Below, in pieces: positions 16,483 through 23,786 of a stretch of 64,000 nucleotides of DNA. Location: the NCBI GenBank assembly GCA_020846295.1, contig JADLEF010000088.1, positions 6,525 through 70,524 of the forward strand, read 5' to 3'. The notes under the pieces were generated by a model. The model saw only the letters and a list, made by a program, of their open reading frames with translations. It ran no database searches and had not been told where the DNA came from. Numbering within the stretch: position 1 is the first letter of the stretch; every line of letters starts with the position of its first letter. The DNA comes from Acidimicrobiales bacterium (GTDB taxonomy: Bacteria; Actinomycetota; Acidimicrobiia; Acidimicrobiales; CAIXPF01). Made by a program: the position numbers and the translations under genes.

Positions 16483-17799
16483 TCAGCCGGTCTCGAACAG
16501 CCGATCGAGGAAGTCGGACGGCGCGGGACGCGCCGCCCGGGGCCGCAGCCGGTCGCCGGTCGCCGCATCGCCCAGCGTCCCGCTCGTCACGAGGTTGAAG
16601 TAGTTGGGGAGCTCGGTGAGTTGGTGCAACCGCGTCCATCCATCACGATCCCGAACGCAGACGACGACGCCGTCATGGTCGGCACCCGGCAACGCATCCA
16701 ACATGGCCGGGCTGTGCGTCGTCGCCAGCGTCCTGATGTGCTGGCCCCGGGATTCGGTGAGGATCCGGAGCACCATCGCCGCCGCCTGTGACGGGTGGAG
16801 GCCGTTCTCGATCTCCTCGATGACGAGCGTCGTCGCCGCGCCCTCGATGAGGGCGGCCGATGGGGCGGACTCCGTTGAGGTCTCGAGCAGCGCGGCGAGG
16901 ATGGCAAGGACTCGCAACGTGCCATCGGACATCAAGCGCGCCGGGACGGTGGCCTCGTGCTCGCCGACCAGCTCGCGCTGGACGAGCATCAGGTCGCCGA
17001 GTGGTGATTGCTCGGTCGTCATGTCCACGATCCGACTCTCCGAAAGGCTTCGGACCATCTCGAGCAATCGAGCGTGCACGTCGCGGTGTTCGAGCAGCCG
17101 TCCGAGTACTGCCGAGAGGTTGTCGGCCTGCCTCCGGAGCCGGTTGTCACGCTCCGGCACGTACTGGCGCATGGCGTGGGGGATCGGATCGAGCACGAAC
17201 ACACCGCTCAAGGCTTGAGTCACGGCTTCGGCCGCATCGTGGACCTCGCGGCCCGCCAGGGTCGTGGCCGGCACTCGGGTGGTGACCTGGCTCGTGAGCA
17301 GGTGGGACGCCCGAAAGGCGACCGGTGGGTTCAGTCCCCGCTTGCGGTTGTTCCAGCGAGCACTGATGTCTGCAGAGGAGAGATCCGCCGCGTCGCTCTC
17401 CAACAACGTGCGGCGCTTGGCGCTGCGTGTCCTCGGCTCATAGGTGAGCCGTTCGTGCTGGACCTGCACCACCGGCCGCACGCAAACCGTCAGGTCCAGG
17501 TGGACTCGGGCATCTTGGGTGGCGACGGTACAGCCGAGCTCGAAGGAATCACTGCCCAACGGCGCACACCCCTCCGCCCCGCCGCGCACTGCGGGGCCGT
17601 CCCGTCCACCGTCGAGCAACTCGCGGATCTCGCCGCCGCTCGCCAGGCGGGAAAGGACCCACAAGCCGTCCAGCACGTTGGACTTCCCGCTGCCGTTCCT
17701 GCCGACCAGGAGGGTCAGGTCACGCAGTGACAGCGTCGCGGCCCGAACGCTCTTGAACGCCGGGAGGCGGATCTCCTCGAGCACAGCTGACGGCGGCAC
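16483..17799 (-). CDS. ABC/SMC-type AAA ATPase (AAA_15/AAA_21-like)
   Basis: Walker A LLVGRNGSGKSN, signature-like MSDGTLRVLAIL, Walker B TLVIEEIENGLHP and H-loop ATTHSP. Start is the GTG at 17799 or 17784; the upstream part of the 498-aa ORF is Arg-rich and unlikely to be coding. Confidence 0.8.
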   Translation of the reverse strand: MPPSAVLEEIRLPAFKSVRAATLSLRDLTLLVGRNGSGKSNVLDGLWVLSRLASGGEIRELLDGGRDGPAVRGGAEGCAPLGSDSFELGCTVATQDARVHLDLTVCVRPVVQVQHERLTYEPRTRSAKRRTLLESDAADLSSADISARWNNRKRGLNPPVAFRASHLLTSQVTTRVPATTLAGREVHDAAEAVTQALSGVFVLDPIPHAMRQYVPERDNRLRRQADNLSAVLGRLLEHRDVHARLLEMVRSLSESRIVDMTTEQSPLGDLMLVQRELVGEHEATVPARLMSDGTLRVLAILAALLETSTESAPSAALIEGAATTLVIEEIENGLHPSQAAAMVLRILTESRGQHIRTLATTHSPAMLDALPGADHDGVVVCVRDRDGWTRLHQLTELPNYFNLVTSGTLGDAATGDRLRPRAARPAPSDFLDRLFETG

Positions 17800-17993
17800 C
17801 GGACCATCGTAGGTCCTGGGCGTCGGCCTGCTGTGGCAAGGGATCTGCTCTCGATCGGCGTTGGGCGGTGTCTCGAACGCTCGCCCGAGGCATGCGGTTC
17901 GAGCACGGTCGCATCGTCGCACCGACAGATGTCGCGGTACCGCTCGTCGACGCCGGTACGGTGCGCTCGATGCGCGCAACGGGAGGGCACGGG

Positions 17994-19805
17994 ATGGGTG
18001 CGATGCGGGAGATCGATGGTGGCCGCTGTCTCGGGGCCATGGTGCCGATGCGTGACGGCGTCCGGCTCAACACGTTCGTCTACCTGCCACCCGGTTCAGG
18101 GACCCGCTTCCCCGTCATCGTGCAGCGCACGCCCTACGGGATCACCAGCCCGCAGGGCGTCGACGTCACCGATCCCACCAAGGGTTGGCTCCCTGACCCC
18201 GCGGCGCCGCTGCGGGGCTCGATCAAGCACGGTTGGCGGGCGATCGTCGAGCGCGGGTACGCCGCGGTGTACCAGGACTGCCGGGGTCGCTACGGCTCGG
18301 AGGGCGAGGACCACGTCTACGGTGACGACGCCGCCGACGGGTACGACCTGCTCGAGTGGATCGCCGATCAACCATGGAGCGACGGCAACGTCGGGCTGGC
18401 CGGCTCATCCGCCGGGTCGACCACCGCGCTGGCCGCCGCATCGCAGGGCCACCGCAGCGTGCGGGCCGTCTTCGCCCAGGTCGGCGGGTCGAGCATCTAC
18501 GACGACGTCGTGTACGAGGGCCAGTCGATCGAGCTCGAACGGCTGTGGTTGTGGGTGGCCAACAACATCCCCGGCCTGTCCGCCACCCACCGGGCCGCGG
18601 TGGCCGAGCGCACCGGCCTGTCCGCCGAGCAGCTCGATGCCCACGCCGCGGCGGCCCGGGCCCGCTACCTCGCCCTCGACGGGGCCCGGACGCAGCGCCC
18701 GCCGTACGTGCACACGCCGGAGTGGATGCACCTGCCGCTGCGCGGGTACCCGGACTTCTCGGTGTGGCAGCCGTACCTGGACGAGCTGATCAGCCACCCG
18801 GCGCCCGATGCGTTCCGCGCCGCGCACGACTTCCGCTCGACCATCGAGGTCCCCGTCTTCCACGTCACCACCTGGTTCGACATCTTCCTCACCAGCGTCC
18901 TCGCCGCCTTCCGCTCGATCCAGGCTCGGGTGGGAGACCAGCGGCTGTGGATCGGGCCCAACGACCACTACTTCGTCTACGAGCGCCAGTACTGGCCGCG
19001 CGATCCCTTCTTCGAGTGGTTCGATCACTGGTGCAAGGGCCTGGACACGCCGATCGTGCACGAGCCACCGGTGTTCTACTCGCCCCGCTGCTGGGTGGCT
19101 GATACCGAACAGTACGTCGCGTCGGACTGGCGGCAGGCGCCGAGCTGGCCCCCGCCAGGGGTGCGGCCGCTCCGGCTCCACCTCCACGGCGACGGAAGGC
19201 TCGGCCCCGACCTGCCCGAGGTCGGGCCCACACCGGCCGGTACGGTGCGGACGTTCACCTACGATCCACGCCGTCCGGTGCCGACCCTGGGCGGCCGCAA
19301 CATGCTGATCACCGCCGGCGCCCGTGACCAGCGTCCCGTGCAACAGACCGACGGGTACGGCCTGATCTACGTGGGCGCCCCGCTGGCTGCGCCGCTGACG
19401 GTGGCCGGCTCCGCCGAGGTGACCGTGCAGCTGTCCTCGGACTGCCCGGACACCGACGTGGTGGCCAAGCTCATCGAACGGCGGGCCGACGGTGCCGCCG
19501 TGCTGCTCATGGACGGCGTGCAGCGCGCCCTGTTCCGGGACGGCGCCGAACCGCGGCCGCTGTCGCCGGGCGAGCCCGTCACCGTACGGGTCGGTCTGGG
19601 GGAGCTGCACCACACCTTCGATGCGGGCAGCTGCATCGAGGTCGACATCACCAGCAGCAACTTCCCGCGCCGGGCGCGCAACACCAACAGCGGGCACCCG
19701 TTGCTGGCCGCGGACACCGACGCGGACATCCGCATCGCCACCAACACCATCCACCACGACGGCGACCGCCCGTCCTTCGTGGAGCTCCAGGTGCTCGACG
19801 GCTGA
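17994..19805 (+). CDS. CocE/NonD-family hydrolase (S15 X-Pro dipeptidyl-peptidase-like)
   Basis: VPMRDGVRLNTFVYLP, QDCRGRYGSEG, nucleophile elbow GLAGSSAGS, and the C-terminal beta-sandwich pattern DITSSNFPRRARNTNSG. Start is the ATG at 17994 or 18003 and is uncertain. Confidence 0.85.
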   Translation: MGAMREIDGGRCLGAMVPMRDGVRLNTFVYLPPGSGTRFPVIVQRTPYGITSPQGVDVTDPTKGWLPDPAAPLRGSIKHGWRAIVERGYAAVYQDCRGRYGSEGEDHVYGDDAADGYDLLEWIADQPWSDGNVGLAGSSAGSTTALAAASQGHRSVRAVFAQVGGSSIYDDVVYEGQSIELERLWLWVANNIPGLSATHRAAVAERTGLSAEQLDAHAAAARARYLALDGARTQRPPYVHTPEWMHLPLRGYPDFSVWQPYLDELISHPAPDAFRAAHDFRSTIEVPVFHVTTWFDIFLTSVLAAFRSIQARVGDQRLWIGPNDHYFVYERQYWPRDPFFEWFDHWCKGLDTPIVHEPPVFYSPRCWVADTEQYVASDWRQAPSWPPPGVRPLRLHLHGDGRLGPDLPEVGPTPAGTVRTFTYDPRRPVPTLGGRNMLITAGARDQRPVQQTDGYGLIYVGAPLAAPLTVAGSAEVTVQLSSDCPDTDVVAKLIERRADGAAVLLMDGVQRALFRDGAEPRPLSPGEPVTVRVGLGELHHTFDAGSCIEVDITSSNFPRRARNTNSGHPLLAADTDADIRIATNTIHHDGDRPSFVELQVLDG

Positions 19806-19825
19806 CCCGGTGGGGGCCGTCAGCC
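19800..19825. terminator. Hairpin spanning both stop codons of convergent genes
   Basis: GGCTGAC (19800-19806) pairs with GTCAGCC (19819-19825), loop 12 nt. The arms contain the TGA of 17994-19805 and the TGA (minus strand) of 19820-22300. Confidence 0.3.
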
Positions 19826-22300
19826 GAGCGCGCCGGCGGCGGCGATGTCGGCGATGCGCTCCGCGTCGTAGCCGAGCAGATCGCTGAGGATCTCGAAGGC
19901 GTGCTGGCCGTAGCCGGGCCCGGGACCGTTCACCCGGCCCGGGGTCCGGGACAACCGCATGCGGGGCCCTTCGACCGGCACCGGGCCGACGAAGGGGTGC
20001 TCCACCAGCACGTAGTGGCCGCGGTGGGCGAGCTGCGGGTCGGTCAGGCACTCGGCGCTGTTCTGCACGACGTGGGAGGCCACCCCGATGTCCTGCAGGC
20101 GCCGCACCGCCTCCTCCTCGCCGTGCCGCGCGGTCCACTGCGCCACCAAGCCGTCGAGCTCGGTGCGTCGGTCGAGCCGCTCCGCCGTGCTCGGCGTGGC
20201 CAGCTGTGGCTGCCCGAGCTCCTCGGCGAGCGCCTTCCACGCCGTGTCGTGCTCGCAGGCGAGCGCGACCCAGCGGTCCTCGCCCCGGACCGGGTAGACC
20301 CCGTGGGGCGCCATGGTGGCGTCGCTGTTGCCCAGCGGCTCCCAGTCGTGACCGTTGATCTCGGCGTCGAGCAGCGCAGGGGCGAGGAAGTGCAGCGACG
20401 CCTCGGCCTGGGACAGATCGAGGTACTGGCCCTCCCCGGTGCGGCGACGGTGGTCCAGCGCGGCCAGCAGCGCGCTCAGCCCGAAGCGAGGTGACACGGT
20501 GTCGGTGTACGCGCCGAAGGGGCCTGCGGCCGGGCGGTCCGGCCAGCGGGTGGTGGCGTGGAACCCGAACAGCGCCGAGGCGAGGTTGCCGTACCCGGGC
20601 AGATCGAGGGAGCCGGTCTGGCCGGGCAAGCAGCTCGACAACACGATCACCGACGGGTTCACCTCGGCGATGCGCTCGTAGCCGAAGCCCATGCGCCCGA
20701 AGGCGCCGGCCGAGAAGCTCTCCAGCACGACGTCGGCCCAGCGCAGCAGGTCCCACAGCACGGCGCGACCGGCATCGGTCCCGAGGTCGAGCTCGATGCC
20801 GAGCTTGCCGGCGTTGGTGTTGGCGAACAGGCCGCCGCACTCGAGTGGGTGTTGGGCGTCGAGCGGGTGCAGCGGCATCACCGTGCGGGTGACGTCGATG
20901 CGCTGCTGCGTCTCGACCCGCACCACGGTGGCACCCATGTCGGCCAGGCCCCGGCCGACGTACGGCCCGGCGATCGACCAGGTGAGATCGACGACCTTCA
21001 GCCCGTCGAGCGGTCGACGGCCCGCCGCTGCGTCGCTCGGTGCGTCGCTCGGTGCGTCGCTCGGTGCGGGGGCCGGTGCTGTCCCGGTGCGCGTGGACGC
21101 CGGCCCGGCGGCGTCGATCGGTTCGCGTGGCACCTCACGAAGCACCTCCTCGGTGTGGGCTCCGAGGGCGGGCGCCGGCCCGAGCCGGCGCAGCGGTGTG
21201 CGGGAGGCGATGAGGAACCGACCCGGCCGCCGGTAGGCCGGACCGCCCGGAACGAGGGGGCCGACATCCCACAGGCCCCGCTCGGCGAGGTGCTCGTTGT
21301 CCATCACCTCCAGCGGTGTGGCCACGGGGGCGAGCAGCACGCGCCGGCGCCGGGCCTCGGCCAGCAGCTCCGCCTTCGTGCGCGTCGCGGTGAAGCGGGC
21401 GACGATGTCGGCCAGCCGGGTCAGCTCGTCGGCCGGCTCCCGACCGTCGAGCAGGCGCACGATGAGCTCCTCGAAGGGCTTGTCCCGCGTCGCCTCGTCG
21501 CAGCCGCCCTCCTCCCAGATCCACCGGAACAGGTTGGGGGTGAACTCCTTGAACGCGGCGCCGAACAGAAACGTGATGCTGACCTCGCCGTCGGCCGCGG
21601 GGTAGCCCCACCGCAGCATGAACGGGCCCACGTTGATGCCCTCGCCCGAACGCCCGAGCGGCGCGTTCGCCCACGCCTGGTTGAGCGCATAGGCGAAGGA
21701 CGACTGCAGGTAGGACGCCTGGGCGGACACGTCGACCACCTGGCCGAGCGCGGAGCCGGCCCGCTCGTTCAGCGCGTACAGCACGCCGACGGCGAGATCG
21801 GCGGCCCCATGTGCGTAGCCCTGGGGTACCCCGCAGCGCAGCGGCGGGCGATCCGTGTCACCGGTGAGGGCGAGCTGGCAACCGGCGGCGCACACCGTGA
21901 GATCGCTCTCGTGCCAGTCCGCCTTCGGTCCGTCCATACCGAACGGTGTGAGCAGCCCGACGATCAGCGCCGGGTTGCGGGTGGTGAGCGCGTCGAGGTC
22001 GAAGGGCAACTCGGCGGGCCGCCCCGACCACAGCACGATGTCCGCGTTGGCTGCGAGCGCGTCGAACGCACGGTGACCGACGGGGTCGTGGAGGTCCAGC
22101 TCCACGGAGCGCTTGCCCCGGTTGTACGCCACATGCCAAAGCGACGGCCCGTCGGCGCCGGCGAAGGGCGGCAGTCGCCTGGCCGGCGAGCCGCCGTGTG
22201 GTTCCACCAGGACCACATCGGCGCCGAGCTGGGCGAGCAGGAACCCGGCGAGGTGACCGCGGTGATCGGTGCAATCGAGCACGCGGTAGGGGGCCAGCAT
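19820..22300 (-). CDS. Tandem-domain family III CoA-transferase (two CaiB/BaiF modules fused)
   Basis: ATG at 22300 (GTG at 22303 also possible). Module 1 starts YRVLDCTDHRGHLAGFLLAQLGADVVLVEPHGG. Module 2 starts LKVVDLTWSIAGPYVGRGLADMGATVVRVETQQ. An Ala/Pro/Ser/Asp-rich linker (APSDAPSDAPSDAAAG) lies between them. Confidence 0.85.
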   Translation of the reverse strand: MLAPYRVLDCTDHRGHLAGFLLAQLGADVVLVEPHGGSPARRLPPFAGADGPSLWHVAYNRGKRSVELDLHDPVGHRAFDALAANADIVLWSGRPAELPFDLDALTTRNPALIVGLLTPFGMDGPKADWHESDLTVCAAGCQLALTGDTDRPPLRCGVPQGYAHGAADLAVGVLYALNERAGSALGQVVDVSAQASYLQSSFAYALNQAWANAPLGRSGEGINVGPFMLRWGYPAADGEVSITFLFGAAFKEFTPNLFRWIWEEGGCDEATRDKPFEELIVRLLDGREPADELTRLADIVARFTATRTKAELLAEARRRRVLLAPVATPLEVMDNEHLAERGLWDVGPLVPGGPAYRRPGRFLIASRTPLRRLGPAPALGAHTEEVLREVPREPIDAAGPASTRTGTAPAPAPSDAPSDAPSDAAAGRRPLDGLKVVDLTWSIAGPYVGRGLADMGATVVRVETQQRIDVTRTVMPLHPLDAQHPLECGGLFANTNAGKLGIELDLGTDAGRAVLWDLLRWADVVLESFSAGAFGRMGFGYERIAEVNPSVIVLSSCLPGQTGSLDLPGYGNLASALFGFHATTRWPDRPAAGPFGAYTDTVSPRFGLSALLAALDHRRRTGEGQYLDLSQAEASLHFLAPALLDAEINGHDWEPLGNSDATMAPHGVYPVRGEDRWVALACEHDTAWKALAEELGQPQLATPSTAERLDRRTELDGLVAQWTARHGEEEAVRRLQDIGVASHVVQNSAECLTDPQLAHRGHYVLVEHPFVGPVPVEGPRMRLSRTPGRVNGPGPGYGQHAFEILSDLLGYDAERIADIAAAGALG

Positions 22301-22326
22301 CACGGTGATCTCCCGTCTGCAACGGC

Positions 22327-22349
22327 ACGCCCGGCAACGTGACGGGCGT
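22327..22349 (-). terminator. Possible hairpin after cvnD
   Basis: ACGCCCG / CGGGCGT 7-bp stem with a 9-nt loop, in the 116-nt gap between the cvnD stop (22420) and the CoA-transferase start. Confidence 0.3.
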
Positions 22350-22419
22350 CACATCACCAGTGTGGCACAGCACCGTTTCGCCGTGCGCCGGTTTCGATCA
22401 CCGATCGCGACCGGTGGCG

Positions 22420-23016
22420 TCAACGCTGTTTGCGACGGATCGCGTAGCGCACCAGCTCGACCAGCACGGCCTTGGTGTCGGCCCGGCTACGGGCGTCGAC
22501 CGACAGCACTGGGATCGACGCCTCGATGGTGAGGGCCTCCCGCACCGCCTCCGCGCTGTGGGCGAGGCTGCCGTCGAAGGCGTTCAGGGCCACGACATAG
22601 GGCAGCTGCTTCGCCTCGAAGTAGTCGAGCGCGGCGAAGCAGTCCTGCAGGCGGCGGGTGTCCACCAGCACCACCGCTCCCACGGCGCCCTTGGACAGCT
22701 CGTCCCACATGAACCAGAACCGGTCCTGGCCCGGCGTGCCGAACAGGTAGAGCATCGTGGCCGCGGACAGGGTGATGCGCCCGAAGTCCATCGCCACGGT
22801 CGTCGTGGTCTTGGAGGTGACCTCGCCCCGGTCGTCGATGCCGACGGACAGGTTGGTCATCGGGGCTTCGGTGGTCAGCGGCGTGATCTCCGAGATGGAG
22901 TCCACGAACGTGGTCTTGCCCGCCGCGAAGCCGCCGGCGATCACGATCTTCAACGGCTTGGTGGCGGGTCCGGCGACGGCCGGCTCCCGCTCCGCCTCAG
23001 AGAGCCTGGAGGTCAT
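22420..23016 (-). CDS. cvnD: Conservon GTPase (Ras-like, ATP/GTP-binding protein)
   Basis: The ATG at 23016 gives MTSRLSEAER.... P-loop GGFAAGKTTF, switch II FGTPGQDRF. Overlaps the cvnC 3' end by 20 nt. Confidence 0.85.
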   Translation of the reverse strand: MTSRLSEAEREPAVAGPATKPLKIVIAGGFAAGKTTFVDSISEITPLTTEAPMTNLSVGIDDRGEVTSKTTTTVAMDFGRITLSAATMLYLFGTPGQDRFWFMWDELSKGAVGAVVLVDTRRLQDCFAALDYFEAKQLPYVVALNAFDGSLAHSAEAVREALTIEASIPVLSVDARSRADTKAVLVELVRYAIRRKQR

Positions 23017-23347
23017 CGAGCAACCTTTCGAGCGTGCCGAGATCCGGACCGGACTCGTCGAAATCCGATGCGCTGACTGCTGCGACCCCGGCGGCGACGA
23101 GATCGCTGACCAACACCCGGGCGATACCGAGGTGGACACCGAGGTGGGCGCCGATCTCCGCCACCGAGAGCGGGCCGTCGAGCAGGCGGGCGATCTGCGC
23201 CGCCTCGGCCAGCAGCTCGCCGCCGGCCGCCCGCCGCCGGCCGAGCTCGGTGAGCGTCACCAGCGTGTCGAGCGCGAGGTCCGCGCCCACCGACCGGGAA
23301 CGCCCCCGGGTGAGCACGAACTGCCGAACGAAGCGAGGGTTGTTCAT
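22997..23347 (-). CDS. cvnC: Conservon DUF742 protein
   Basis: 116 aa. MNNPRFVRQFVLTRGR... with an HTH-like SVAEIGAHLGVHLGIARVLVSDL. It occupies the third position of the four-gene operon. Confidence 0.8.
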   Translation of the reverse strand: MNNPRFVRQFVLTRGRSRSVGADLALDTLVTLTELGRRRAAGGELLAEAAQIARLLDGPLSVAEIGAHLGVHLGIARVLVSDLVAAGVAAVSASDFDESGPDLGTLERLLDDLQAL

Positions 23348-23360
23348 CCGACGGCCGGCC

Positions 23361-23786
23361 TCACACCCGCGACAGCGAGCCCTGCAGCTCGCTGACCAAC
23401 GCCGGTGTGAGGACCCCGCCCATGCGCTTCACCAGCATCGACATCTCGTACCCGACGACCCCGACGTCGCTGTTGCGGGCGCACAGCACGGCAAGGCTCG
23501 AGCCGTCGCTGATCGACATGAACAGCATGTACCCGCCCTTCAGCTCGACCACGATCTGCTCCACATCGCCGCCTCCGAAGCACCGGGCGGCCCCCTGGGT
23601 GAGGCTGTTGAGCCCGGAGGCGACGGCGGCGAGCTGGTCCCCGCCGGCGCGACCGATGCCGGGGGACATGGCCATCAGCAGGCCGTCGGAGGACACGACC
23701 ACCGCATCGACGACGCCGCTCACCTGGTTGACGAAGTTGTCCAGCAGCCAGTTGAGGTTGGCGGCTTCGCTGCTCAGATCGTTCAT
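23361..23786 (-). CDS. cvnB: Conservon roadblock/LC7-domain protein
   Basis: 141 aa with LNWLLDNFV and VVVSSDGLLMA motifs. RBS GGAAGGAGAGG. ATGA overlap with the cvnA stop. Confidence 0.85.
   Translation of the reverse strand: MNDLSSEAANLNWLLDNFVNQVSGVVDAVVVSSDGLLMAMSPGIGRAGGDQLAAVASGLNSLTQGAARCFGGGDVEQIVVELKGGYMLFMSISDGSSLAVLCARNSDVGVVGYEMSMLVKRMGGVLTPALVSELQGSLSRV

Noticed and set aside
15383-17993. Calling the ATPase-PIN-ligase islet a mobile genetic element
   Set aside because: No integrase, transposase, tRNA target or flanking direct or inverted repeats are visible. Only the composition shift and the unrelated neighbours suggest horizontal origin.
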